Source: Arcobacteraceae bacterium (GTDB taxonomy: Bacteria > Campylobacterota > Campylobacteria > Campylobacterales > Arcobacteraceae). Taken from it: DNA of 64,000 bases. Numbering within the stretch: position 1 is the stretch's first letter; every line of letters begins with the position of its first letter. Shown in pieces: positions 1 to 9,597 of the stretch. Position numbers and translations under genes: made by a program. Location of the stretch: positions 79,725-143,724 of the forward strand of contig CAXXUS010000001.1 of the NCBI GenBank assembly GCA_963676205.2, written 5' to 3'. Under the pieces are notes generated by a model. The model searched no databases. It was not told where the DNA came from and saw only the letters and a program-made list of their open reading frames with translations.

Positions 1-182
1 TCTTTGATAACAAAGATGATATAAACGATTTTATAGATTGTATAGTTGTGATAAGTGATAAAGAGTATATCTGGCCGTATATAGAAGAGAATATTGCCGT
101 ACTTGTTGCACCGACACAAAGATATATCGAAGATATCGTAGAAGCCCTTTTATTTAAAGAGCTTCATGATATAAATATCTAG
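1..182 (+). CDS. 3' end of an unidentified protein-coding gene (partial, runs off the left edge)
   Basis: One frame is open from the window edge to TAG at 180-182 (...VAPTQRYIEDIVEALLFKELHDINI*). No domain is recognisable from 59 codons. Confidence 0.3.
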   Translation, partial: FDNKDDINDFIDCIVVISDKEYIWPYIEENIAVLVAPTQRYIEDIVEALLFKELHDINI

Positions 183-1598
183 TTATTTAAGGAATTTTCC
201 CAACCCTTGTTTTAAAGAGTGGTTTAGCTCTTCACCAAGGATAGTTTTCATAATACTTTTATCTGTATATTTTAAAAGCTCTTTCTCTAGTTTTACAACT
301 TTTTCAGATTCGTTCTTAGCTTTCTCTTTCCAAAATGAAAGTTTCTCTTCAAACTCTTCTATATCACCAAACTCATCAACTATCTTTTTAAGCTTAGTCA
401 ACTCTTCATTCGCTTCATCAAATTTTGTTTGAAGGTTCACTTTCTCTTGAGTATGCTCTTTTTTAATCGCTTCTATAACTTGTTCATTGTTTTCTTGAAG
501 CATTTTATACTCACGCTTTACATCTGCAAGCTGTTTACTAAGTTTTAATGTAGTTACATTCTTATCCTCTACATCGTCAGCTTTTTTCTGTAAAAGTTTT
601 AGCTCACTTCTAAGGCTTTCTGTTTCGGCTAAGTCTTTTTCAAAGTTTAGCTCCATATCCTTTTTCTCTTTAACTAAACTCTTAACCTGCTCTTCGAGTT
701 GAACTGTTCTATTTTGCATAGCTATGATCTGAGCTTTAAGCTCTGCACTTAGCTCTTTACTATCTTGAAAGATCTTTCCTTTATCTTTCATCATACTAAC
801 TTTTAGATCACGTTTAAAACTAACCTCTTTAGTGATATCTCTGTTAACCGAGATAGTCCCAGTTAACTCACCACTATTATTAAGTACAGGTATCATATAA
901 CACTCTACGATAATAACATCACCGCTTTTTGTTACATTTTTTAAAGTACCTTTCCAAGAGCTTCCAGATTTAATAGTATTAACCATCTCATCATATATAG
1001 CATCAGCTACATCTTTATGCTTTAATACATTTAAAGGTTTACCTAAAAGCTCTTGTTTATCATACTCCATTAGGTTGCAAAATAGATCATTTACATATGT
1101 TATATTTCCATCGGTATCTGTTTTGATAACGATATTATTTAGATCGATAATATCTTTAAATCTCTCTAGATCTTTATTTTGCTGAACGATTAAAGACTCT
1201 TTATGAAGGTCTATTGCTAGCTGATTTATTTTTGTAAGTAGATGTTTTATATCGATAGGTTTTATTATATAATCATATACACGAAGCTTGATAGCTTCAC
1301 TTAAAAACTCATTATCTGAATAAGCAGTTGCAAAAAGTATCTCTACTTTTTGATCAACTTTTCTTATCTGCTGCATCATCTCTATACCTGTAAGTTTAGG
1401 CATATTGATATCACTGATTATAACATCAATAGAATCTTTGTTGGCTAGATATTTCTCTAAACCGTCTCTACCGTCACTTCCTGTATATATCTTATTTACA
1501 AAACCACCTAGAAGAGTCGATAGCTCATTTCTTATCTTATCATCATCCTCTACGTATAGAACGGTAAGTTTTTTTAGTAGCTCTTTATCTATCGCCAT
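183..1598 (-). CDS. Response-regulator receiver + PAS + long coiled-coil protein (no enzymatic or DNA-binding output)
   Basis: REC motifs (LYVEDDD, DVIISDINMPKLTG, ATAYSD, IIKP). One PAS (ITYVNDLFCNLMEYDKQELLGKPLNVLKH). About 200 aa Glu/Lys-rich heptad-like C-terminus. Start shares a base with the upstream stop (TAATG, 1596-1600). Confidence 0.85.
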   Translation of the reverse strand: MAIDKELLKKLTVLYVEDDDKIRNELSTLLGGFVNKIYTGSDGRDGLEKYLANKDSIDVIISDINMPKLTGIEMMQQIRKVDQKVEILFATAYSDNEFLSEAIKLRVYDYIIKPIDIKHLLTKINQLAIDLHKESLIVQQNKDLERFKDIIDLNNIVIKTDTDGNITYVNDLFCNLMEYDKQELLGKPLNVLKHKDVADAIYDEMVNTIKSGSSWKGTLKNVTKSGDVIIVECYMIPVLNNSGELTGTISVNRDITKEVSFKRDLKVSMMKDKGKIFQDSKELSAELKAQIIAMQNRTVQLEEQVKSLVKEKKDMELNFEKDLAETESLRSELKLLQKKADDVEDKNVTTLKLSKQLADVKREYKMLQENNEQVIEAIKKEHTQEKVNLQTKFDEANEELTKLKKIVDEFGDIEEFEEKLSFWKEKAKNESEKVVKLEKELLKYTDKSIMKTILGEELNHSLKQGLGKFLK

Positions 1599-1993
1599 TA
1601 TCTATTTTCAAAATCCATGGTTGAAACCAGTTCTATAAATTTTATAAAATCGAATGGTTTTAACAAATAGTTGTCTATACCTAAAGCTTCTGCTTTCTCC
1701 ATATACTCTTTTTCAGTATGTGCAGACATTATTACAAACGGCTTTTTTATACCTTTTTCTTGTGCTTTTTCTATTAGTTCAAGCCCGTTCATATTGGGCA
1801 TATTGATATCTGTTATAATAAGATCGATATCTGGATTAGCTTCTATTAAAGCTAAGGCTTTTTCTCCGTCAGGAGCTGTTAAAAAGTTTGCTTGAAGCTT
1901 TGTAAGAGTGTCCGTGATTATATTTAGTAGATCCTCTTCATCCTCTACAAATAAAAGCTTTAAGCTTTTAATTTTTGCAATTTTTTCTTGCAT
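1598..1993 (-). CDS. CheY-like single-domain response regulator
   Basis: 131 aa, receiver only: LLFVEDEEDL, DLIITDINMPNMNGLE, MSAHTEK, LLKPF. Confidence 0.85.
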   Translation of the reverse strand: MQEKIAKIKSLKLLFVEDEEDLLNIITDTLTKLQANFLTAPDGEKALALIEANPDIDLIITDINMPNMNGLELIEKAQEKGIKKPFVIMSAHTEKEYMEKAEALGIDNYLLKPFDFIKFIELVSTMDFENR

Positions 1994-2004
1994 TTAAATA
2001 TACC

Positions 2005-2484
2005 TTATGATGATTTCAACTCTTCTTTATGTACTACTGACTCAATATCCATAATTACAAGCATTTGATTGTTTTCAAGTCTTACAAAACCTTTTAAATA
2101 TTTTGAAGGTATCGCAGAACCCATATCTGAAACAGGTGATAGTTGCGTAGTATCTAGTTTTTGAACATCATCAACCTTATCAACTACAATACCAACCATC
2201 CTTTTATCACCTGTGATAACTGCGATAACGGCAGTGTTATCATCGTATCTTACATCTCCTGTATTAAATCTTATTCTAAGATCTAGAACAGGCACAACTT
2301 CACCTCTTAGGTTAATAAGCCCTTTTACCCATTCTGTAGTATTTGGAAGAGTAGTTATTATTTCAGGATATGTCAATATCTCTCTTATCTTAGGAAGCTC
2401 TATAGCATACTTCATACTACCTAGTTCAAAAGTCATATATTCACTATATTCTACGTTCTTTTTTCTTTCTATTTCGTCATTCAT
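2005..2484 (-). CDS. cheW: Chemotaxis coupling protein CheW
   Basis: 159 aa with the typical CheW pattern: FELGSMKYAIELPKIREIL, GLINLRGEVVPVLDLRIRF, GIVVDKVDDV. Confidence 0.85.
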   Translation of the reverse strand: MNDEIERKKNVEYSEYMTFELGSMKYAIELPKIREILTYPEIITTLPNTTEWVKGLINLRGEVVPVLDLRIRFNTGDVRYDDNTAVIAVITGDKRMVGIVVDKVDDVQKLDTTQLSPVSDMGSAIPSKYLKGFVRLENNQMLVIMDIESVVHKEELKSS

Positions 2485-2533
2485 AAAAATCCCTTAGTTA
2501 AATTTACTTTCTACTCTTTTATTGTTTAAGAAG

Positions 2534-2926
2534 CTATTCACTTTTTTTCCACTCTTTATAAAGAGCTTCGTGTTCCTCTATCTCTTCACGGGAAGGTTTT
2601 CTTCTACAAGATAGATAACCTTTAGTCCCATCACAAGTCTCAAATGGATATACTGTTGCAAATACCCAGTAAAAACCACCTGCTTTTGTAGCATTCTTTA
2701 CATATCCTGTCCATACCTCTCCACTTTGCACCGTATCCCATAAGGATTTAAATGCAACTTTCGGCATATCGGTATGTCTTACCATATTATGCGGTTGTCC
2801 CATAAGCTCATCTAGCTCATACCCCGCTACTTTACAAAAATCATCGTTTGCAAAGGTTATTATACCTTTTGCATCTGTCTCACTTACTAGGAATGCGTTA
2901 TCATCTAATACAGTCTCTCCTGCCAA
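2534..2926 (-). CDS. Stand-alone PAS sensor protein (CetB/Aer-type energy-taxis PAS)
   Basis: ITFANDDFCKVAGYELDELMGQPHNMVRHTDMPKVAFKSLWDTVQSGEVW...YWVFATV closely follows the Campylobacter CetB-type PAS pattern. I prefer the in-frame TTG at 2926, preceded by AAGGAG with 5-nt spacing, over the ORF-track ATG at 2989. Confidence 0.7.
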   Translation of the reverse strand: MAGETVLDDNAFLVSETDAKGIITFANDDFCKVAGYELDELMGQPHNMVRHTDMPKVAFKSLWDTVQSGEVWTGYVKNATKAGGFYWVFATVYPFETCDGTKGYLSCRRKPSREEIEEHEALYKEWKKSE

Positions 2927-3099
2927 AGCAACTCCTTTAAGTTCAAATATGAAATTTGGTCTATAAAACAATATTCTTAATAAATACATACCATTATAGA
3001 AAATAAAAACTTAAAAATAGCTCTAAAAAACACTATTTATATCAAACTTATTTTTATATGGATAAACTATTCACTATTGGATTAAAGGGGTTTTGATAC

Positions 3100-4299
3100 T
3101 TATAGCACTACTCTTTTTAAAACTTCACATTCAATTACAACTTTACTACTTTGTAAAGATATCAAATCTTTAGATTTTAGAGTTTCAAGTTCAACTATTT
3201 TTCCATCTTTTACTATTTGAGCAAAACCTTTTTGGTTTTTTTTGCTTGGATCGTTGGAATTTAGGGCGTTTAGCAATAATTGAAGTTCATGCTCTTTTTT
3301 ATTTAGTATAGTTTTAAAGCTATTATTAAAATTGTTTTTTAAATTATTTATATTATTATTTACTAGCTCAAATTTTGTCGCAATTGAGTTCTGAACAAAT
3401 AAAGAGTAGATATTATTTAATATCTGTGCTTTTTTATCTAAGATCACTTTTTGTTTATGGGAAAAATCATCCATAAGTGTATCAATATACATTTTTATCT
3501 CATTTATATCAGGTGTTGATATCTCTATTGCATTTGAGGGTGTGCTGGCTCTAAGATCTGCTACAAAATCACTTATCATAAAATCGTTCTCATGCCCTAC
3601 TGCACTAATTATTGGTGTAGTTGCTTCATAAATAGCGTCAGCTACTATCTCTTCATTAAATGCCCAAAGATCCTCTATACTTCCTCCTCCGCGCCCAACT
3701 ATCATCACGCTATCTTGCTCTTTTCTTGCTAATTCATCAGCTTTTTTTATAGCGCTTACGATAGACTCTTTTGCGCTCTCTCCTTGCACAAGAGCAGGTA
3801 TTAAGATCATCTTTGCCAAAGGGTAACGATGAGAAAGAACCTTTTTCATATCCTCTATCGCTGCACCCGTATTTGAAGTGACTACATATATATTTTTAGG
3901 GTATCTAGGAAGTGGTTTTTTTATACTTTGATCAAAGTAGCCTTTTATCTGTAGTTTTGCTTTTAACTGCTCATAAGCTAAAGCCAAAGCACCCACACCG
4001 CTTGGTTCTATCTTTGTACAAAGTATCTGGTAAGAGCCTCTTGGAACATAAGCCGTAACGTTTCCGCTTATTACGATCTTTTGTCCCATCTCTAAACGAA
4101 ACTTTAAAGATGAAGCGTTTCCTCTAAACATTACACAGCTTATAACCGATTTATTATCTTTGATAGAAAAGTAGATATGACCGCTGTTGTGATAGGTAAG
4201 ATTTGATATCTCACCCTCAACATATACATTTATAAAAGTGGTCTCAAGCAGACCTTTGATCTGCTCGTTTAAAGATGAAACGGAAATGGGTTGGTTCAT
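3100..4299 (-). CDS. xseA: Exodeoxyribonuclease VII large subunit
   Basis: N-terminal OB fold (VSSLNEQIKGLLETTFINVYVEGEISNL...GHIYFSIKD), catalytic core (GRGGGSIEDLWAFNEE) and coiled C-terminus. 399 aa. Confidence 0.9.
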   Translation of the reverse strand: MNQPISVSSLNEQIKGLLETTFINVYVEGEISNLTYHNSGHIYFSIKDNKSVISCVMFRGNASSLKFRLEMGQKIVISGNVTAYVPRGSYQILCTKIEPSGVGALALAYEQLKAKLQIKGYFDQSIKKPLPRYPKNIYVVTSNTGAAIEDMKKVLSHRYPLAKMILIPALVQGESAKESIVSAIKKADELARKEQDSVMIVGRGGGSIEDLWAFNEEIVADAIYEATTPIISAVGHENDFMISDFVADLRASTPSNAIEISTPDINEIKMYIDTLMDDFSHKQKVILDKKAQILNNIYSLFVQNSIATKFELVNNNINNLKNNFNNSFKTILNKKEHELQLLLNALNSNDPSKKNQKGFAQIVKDGKIVELETLKSKDLISLQSSKVVIECEVLKRVVL

Positions 4300-5010
4300 T
4301 TATACCTTGCGAGCTATAAAAAGAGTTGATATATCCATAGAAAAACCCTTTACATATATAGGTTTAAGTCCAGCCTCTTCAAGCTCTTCACACATCTGTT
4401 TAGTTGTGATAAACTCATTTATAGATTCAGGCAGATAAGTATAAGCCTCTTTATTTTTTGAGATAAGTCCACCGATAATAGGCATCATCTTATTTAGATA
4501 AAAGTCCGTTAGATAATCCTGCGGTCTTTGTTTTTCATTTTTAGTGAACTCTAATATCACAAGTAAACCGTCTTTTTTTAGGATTCTAGCAAACTCACTA
4601 AGCCCCTCTTTTCTTTTTACTACGTTTCTTATACCGTAAGCTATTGAAGCTATATCTGCACTTTGGCTATCGATTGGCATCTTTTCAGCTCCAGCTTCAA
4701 TAAACTCACCATCTGGTATCTTTTGTTTACCTACGTTCATCATACCTACACTTGGATCAACACCAACTATATGATCAAGAGCGATTCCATTTTGTTTAGC
4801 TATTTTTTTCCAGTCTATCATCATATCACCAGTACCGCAAGCAACGTCAACTATCTTTTCGATATGTGGTTTATCATAATATGAAAAAGCAAGGTTACAA
4901 GCTTTGTTTCTCCATGTTTTATCTACACCCATACTTAATATTCTATTAGCAAGATCGTATGTTTTTGCTATATCGTCAAACATATCAATGATCTGTTCTT
5001 GTTTACTCAA
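4300..5010 (-). CDS. ubiE: Demethylmenaquinone/ubiquinone C-methyltransferase UbiE/MenG
   Basis: MFDDIAKTYDLANRILSMGVDKTWR plus SAM motif VDVACGTGD. The ORF-track start (5085) is also TTG. The TTG at 5010 (AAGGA 8 nt upstream) gives the usual ~236-aa length. Stop abuts the xseA start. Confidence 0.85.
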   Translation of the reverse strand: MSKQEQIIDMFDDIAKTYDLANRILSMGVDKTWRNKACNLAFSYYDKPHIEKIVDVACGTGDMMIDWKKIAKQNGIALDHIVGVDPSVGMMNVGKQKIPDGEFIEAGAEKMPIDSQSADIASIAYGIRNVVKRKEGLSEFARILKKDGLLVILEFTKNEKQRPQDYLTDFYLNKMMPIIGGLISKNKEAYTYLPESINEFITTKQMCEELEEAGLKPIYVKGFSMDISTLFIARKV

Positions 5011-5163
5011 AATATATATCCTTTTAATTGGTTCCCAATTAAAAGGGAAACCTTGTTTAATAACTTCTTTTAACAAGATAGCCAAGCTATCTTTAAAGAA
5101 GCAAACCCTAAAGAAAACAACGAGTTGTTTTAAAATAATTTATATCTAAATATCTCTTTAGTG

Positions 5164-5412
5164 CTATAAAAAAAACTTACCTATTAGTAGTCCTAAAATA
5201 AAACCTACATTTAAAGCTACCAATACTCTTAATACATTGATCTTTAGGTTTACTTTAGGGAAATACTCAACTACTCTTTTTTGCATCTCCAAAGCTCTAT
5301 CGAACTCTTTTGAAGATTTATCTATATGTTCTAAAGTTCTATTTAATGTCAGCTCGGCAAGTTCGATCCTATCTACGATCTCTTTTGCCTGTTTAAAGCT
5401 CATATCACTCAT
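5164..5412 (-). CDS. Small tail-anchored membrane protein (hypothetical)
   Basis: 82 aa: hydrophilic helical N-terminus and a single C-terminal TM (VLRVLVALNVGFILGLLIGKFFL). ATGA overlap with the upstream ParA-like gene suggests co-translation. Confidence 0.5.
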   Translation of the reverse strand: MSDMSFKQAKEIVDRIELAELTLNRTLEHIDKSSKEFDRALEMQKRVVEYFPKVNLKINVLRVLVALNVGFILGLLIGKFFL

Positions 5413-6197
5413 TTAAGTTTAATCCATCTATCTAGATCAAAAAACACTTTGTTTAAAGTGTTTAGTACATAATCTTTTGCTTCTGTTTGCATACGTCTAA
5501 AGAAAAGATATTTTCTTGCACTCTCCATATCCCCTGAATCTTTAGATTCCATAGCTTTTTTTGCAAAGTCTGTGTTATTGTGTGCCATCTCCCAAACAGT
5601 ACTTCCAACATAACGGCTTAGTGTTATGATCTTATCGTTTTTTATAGGGAAGTATTTAGGCTTTTTTATATAATCACAAATAACAGAGTTGTTTCCTAGA
5701 TATTTATGCCCAAAGAAGTTGATAAACTGCTCATTGATATAATCAGGTTCCATACTAATAGCTCTATTTAGTGCAAATATAGTGTTCTCTTCAGGATTAT
5801 CTTCGATCTTTTTGATCTTTTTCATAGTTGCTATAGCATTTTTACCGTCAAGCTCACCGTCACCTAAAGGGATGATCCATTTAACGTTACCGAAAGATCC
5901 AACTTTTTTGATCTCTTCAAGAACTAAAGATGATGTTTTATTTCCACCAACATCAACGATAACTTCATGGTTGCTATCCATTAAGATCATCTCATCAAGT
6001 TCACTGATCTTATTAGTTCCTAGCATTCTTTTGTTTACTATCTCGGTACGGTTAAAAGACATACTATCGTTATTTTCATCATCGATCTCAATATATGTAA
6101 CTTTTTTCCCATGCTTTTTATAAAGATAAGGTGCTATAACCTGCATAGCTACAGTTGATTTACCTACACCACCTTTTGTTTGAGGGATGATTATCAT
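5409..6197 (-). CDS. ParA/MinD-superfamily P-loop ATPase (orphan, TraL/ParA-like)
   Basis: N-terminal deviant Walker A directly after the start (MIIIPQTKGGVGKST) and Walker B-like VIVDVGGN. No recognisable ParB or MinE partner nearby. Confidence 0.7.
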   Translation of the reverse strand: MIIIPQTKGGVGKSTVAMQVIAPYLYKKHGKKVTYIEIDDENNDSMSFNRTEIVNKRMLGTNKISELDEMILMDSNHEVIVDVGGNKTSSLVLEEIKKVGSFGNVKWIIPLGDGELDGKNAIATMKKIKKIEDNPEENTIFALNRAISMEPDYINEQFINFFGHKYLGNNSVICDYIKKPKYFPIKNDKIITLSRYVGSTVWEMAHNNTDFAKKAMESKDSGDMESARKYLFFRRMQTEAKDYVLNTLNKVFFDLDRWIKLK

Positions 6198-6241
6198 AAG
6201 TTATATCCTTTAAATCATTATCGGATTATTTTATCCAAAAA

Positions 6242-7051
6242 TTAATTTATAATCGCTTGTGTTCTTACTCTTTCAAGGTCATTGTATAGTTTCAGTTTAA
6301 AGCCCTCAACTGCTTTACCATCTTCTATATCTATAACAGCTAGCTGCAAAATAGTTTTGCAATTATTGGCAACATCGAAGTGTCCACCGATACCGGTAGT
6401 AACCTTTGCAATAGGCACTTTCTCATCCATACCTATAACCTTATCTCTACATCCAGTTAAGCCCATATCGGTAATATAAAATGTCCCCTTAGCGATCTCC
6501 ATATCATCAGTACCTATATGTGTATGAGTACCAATGATGGCACTAACTTTCCCCTCGAACATCTTCATCATTATTCGTTTTTCACTTGTAGCTTCTGCAT
6601 GAAAGTCTATAAAGATATTATTTACTCCATCGGCTATAAGTTTCTCAACCGTCTCAGTAGCATGATTAAAAGGGTTATTAGTATTTGGCATACCATATAT
6701 CCCCATAAGGTTTAAAACAGCAAGCTTTTCACCATTTACTTCCACTATATCTAAACCTTTTCCAGGAACCGTATCTGGATAATTATCAGGTCTTAAAACA
6801 GGTTTTGTCTCAAGCAGGGTTATCATCTCTTTTTTCTTATCAAAAGAGTGATTTCCACCTGTTATAATATCTATGCCGCAAGCTAAAAGCTCATCGCAGT
6901 TTTTAACCGTTAAACCAAAACCGTGGCTGGCATTCTCTGCGTTTGCTATTACAAAATCTATATCAAACTCTTTTTTTAACTGTATCAACTTATCTTTAAT
7001 GATACGTCTGCCAGGACGACCGACAATATCACCTATAAATGCTATTCTCAA
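6242..7051 (-). CDS. YmdB-family metallophosphoesterase (2',3'-cyclic-nucleotide phosphodiesterase-like)
   Basis: MRIAFIGDIVGRPGR, NAENASHGFG, GGNH, DFHAEATSEK and GTHTHI are the calcineurin-like metal ligand blocks of the YmdB/TIGR00282 family. TTG start overlaps the upstream kinase stop (TTGA). Confidence 0.85.
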   Translation of the reverse strand: MRIAFIGDIVGRPGRRIIKDKLIQLKKEFDIDFVIANAENASHGFGLTVKNCDELLACGIDIITGGNHSFDKKKEMITLLETKPVLRPDNYPDTVPGKGLDIVEVNGEKLAVLNLMGIYGMPNTNNPFNHATETVEKLIADGVNNIFIDFHAEATSEKRIMMKMFEGKVSAIIGTHTHIGTDDMEIAKGTFYITDMGLTGCRDKVIGMDEKVPIAKVTTGIGGHFDVANNCKTILQLAVIDIEDGKAVEGFKLKLYNDLERVRTQAIIN

Positions 7052-9597
7052 ATAGGTATCCTAATAATAAATTCAGCTCCGCTTTCGATATTCTTAGCTT
7101 CTATGGAACCGCCTATCTTTTCGATAATATTTTTCGTCATATATAAACCTATGCCCGTACCGATACCTTTAGGCTTTGTTGTAAAGTTTGCTTTAAATAT
7201 ATTTTTCAACACATCTTTTGGTATCCCGCCAGCAGTATCTTTTATCTTTAAAATTACGTAAATATCATCTTTTAAGACTTCGAATCTTATCACTCTTTCT
7301 CTTAAGTTCTTAGATATAAACTCATCTTTTGCATTATTTACAATATTTATGATCACGTGTTTAAACTCATTAGGGATAATATTGACCTTTAAATCTCCGT
7401 CACCCTCAAATTTTGTCACTATGGTATGTTTTATAAGATCGTCTTTCATCAGTACTAAAGATGAATCTATAACATCTTTTAAAATAGTTGATTGAAGCTC
7501 CCCTTTTGGTCTAAAGAAATCTCTAAACTCATCTATGGTCTCTACAGAGTGGTTAACCTGCTCTTTTATACGTTTACCAAACTCATGTATATAGTTCTCG
7601 TCTGCTTTATTACTTTTTAATAGATACTCAAGTTCATCGACTGAAAGTTTTATAATATTTAAAGGCTGTTTCCACTGATGGGCAACCGCATCCATCATCT
7701 CACCCATAGATGCCATTTTAGTTTTTTGGATAAGGATCATATCCTTTTCCCTTATCTTATCTATTTGACTTTTCACCTCATCGTTTAGGTTTTGGTTAAG
7801 CTCTTGAAGCTCTTTATTTTGTTTTATGATCAACTCTTTTGCTTTAACCTTATCATCCACATCGATAATAGCCCAAAGAACATGACCATCTTCAAGTTTT
7901 GCTTTTTCGTTTAAAGGGCTACCTGAGACCTCACACCAGATTGTTGAGCCGTCATTTATTCTAAACTGGAACTCTTCTCTTACTATCTCGTTCATAGCCA
8001 CTTGTGAAATTATATTTTTTGCAAAATTCTCATACTCATCATCATCCAAGTGAAACATTCTGGTACTTTTACCGATAATATCATCTTTACTTTTATAACC
8101 TGTTAGCTTTAGAAGTCTATCGTTCACATCTATGATATTTCTATCCTCATCAACTATTAAAAACCCTACAGATGTATAATCATATATATTTTTAAACTTA
8201 CTAAGTGCTTTTTCCATCTCTATCTTATCATCTAAAGAGTTTGCAACAGATACAAAAGTTTGGTTATCAGGTAGTAGATTTAAAGAGATCTCAATATATA
8301 CTTTTTCACCACTCTTAGCGATACAAGCTTTTCTTACTTTTGAGATATGACCACTCTTTTTAGCCTCAGCTAAAGCTTCTTTTGCAATATCTTTAAAATC
8401 CTCGTGAGCTAGATCTAGACAATTTAAACTTTTGAACTCATCTTGGGTATATCCAAAAAGTTTAGTATATGTTGGGTTTACTTCTAAAAAGTTTCCTTCA
8501 AGATCCAAAATAGCAATACCGCTGTCAACCTCATCTATAAGGGTTTGAAGTTTTTTATTATTTACTTTTAGTTTATTTTTTACGCTCAACTCAAAATATA
8601 TCACCGTAAATATGATACCAAGCAAAAATATTAAAATTGAGCTTACAAGTAAGGTATTTAAACTCTTATTCATAATATAGTTGCTTTTTGTATTTAGCAT
8701 AAGTGCACCTACAACTTTTTTCGATATAGGATTTTTCAAAGGAAAAACTAGTATCAGGTTTTTATTTTTTTTATCATATGTTGCAAAATCTTTTCCCATT
8801 GATATATGCTCTAAAATATAAGCTTTCACACCATCAGATATCTGCTTTATCGAGGGGTTAAGTTTTGTTACCTTTTCAAGGTTGCTTTTTTCATAATAGA
8901 ACCCTTCAAAATCTGATCTAACATAATTGTTTTTCTCTTGTACTTTTTTATCAACAATATCTTTTGATACTAAAAACTTCACTATAAGCTCATAGTGTTC
9001 CATAAACTCTTCTATCATCCCGTAAGCATCAAATGACAGTTCAACGCTTCCAATATGTTCATCTTGATACATTATAGGATATACAAATCTAAAACCATTG
9101 TATATCTTGCCTTCTTCAAAGCCGTCAACTGCTTTTTTATTTTGGTTAACATATTTAACAGTAGCCCTAGCATCACTTAGACTATCTCCAAACTTATTTG
9201 GTCTATGAAACCTTAAAAAGCTTTCGTTGTTGGGTAGATGGAAATGTAACTGTTTTAAGTTGTATTTTTTAAGTATTTTATAATCATCTGCCAATAGATC
9301 GTAAAGTGCAGACCTTATCTTAGCTTTATTCTCTTTATCGGCTTTATAAGCACTACGATATAGCTCTAAAACCTCTTTTCTTGATATCATCGTCGTAAAA
9401 AGTAGATCAGCTCTTTGTTTAAACTTATGATAAAAAGTATCGTATCCCATACGATATTCTTGCAGCTTTATAGCTATCTCCTCTTCTACCTTTTTATCCT
9501 TTTCATATTCTAAAAAGATAAATACTATAATAGAGATCGATATAAATAAAAAAGATAAACCTATAAGAGTTTTTTTGCTATTGCTCATCTGCCCCAC
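7048..9597 (-). CDS. Sensor histidine kinase (TM - Cache-like periplasmic domain - TM - 2x PAS - kinase core)
   Basis: Periplasmic LHFHLPNNESFLRFHRPNKFGD block (Cache-type). Two PAS domains. H-box MDAVAHQWKQPLNII. N/G boxes (NIVNNAKDE, GTGIGLYM). GTG start at 9597; an alternative ATG lies at 9588. Confidence 0.9.
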   Translation of the reverse strand: MGQMSNSKKTLIGLSFLFISISIIVFIFLEYEKDKKVEEEIAIKLQEYRMGYDTFYHKFKQRADLLFTTMISRKEVLELYRSAYKADKENKAKIRSALYDLLADDYKILKKYNLKQLHFHLPNNESFLRFHRPNKFGDSLSDARATVKYVNQNKKAVDGFEEGKIYNGFRFVYPIMYQDEHIGSVELSFDAYGMIEEFMEHYELIVKFLVSKDIVDKKVQEKNNYVRSDFEGFYYEKSNLEKVTKLNPSIKQISDGVKAYILEHISMGKDFATYDKKNKNLILVFPLKNPISKKVVGALMLNTKSNYIMNKSLNTLLVSSILIFLLGIIFTVIYFELSVKNKLKVNNKKLQTLIDEVDSGIAILDLEGNFLEVNPTYTKLFGYTQDEFKSLNCLDLAHEDFKDIAKEALAEAKKSGHISKVRKACIAKSGEKVYIEISLNLLPDNQTFVSVANSLDDKIEMEKALSKFKNIYDYTSVGFLIVDEDRNIIDVNDRLLKLTGYKSKDDIIGKSTRMFHLDDDEYENFAKNIISQVAMNEIVREEFQFRINDGSTIWCEVSGSPLNEKAKLEDGHVLWAIIDVDDKVKAKELIIKQNKELQELNQNLNDEVKSQIDKIREKDMILIQKTKMASMGEMMDAVAHQWKQPLNIIKLSVDELEYLLKSNKADENYIHEFGKRIKEQVNHSVETIDEFRDFFRPKGELQSTILKDVIDSSLVLMKDDLIKHTIVTKFEGDGDLKVNIIPNEFKHVIINIVNNAKDEFISKNLRERVIRFEVLKDDIYVILKIKDTAGGIPKDVLKNIFKANFTTKPKGIGTGIGLYMTKNIIEKIGGSIEAKNIESGAEFIIRIPI

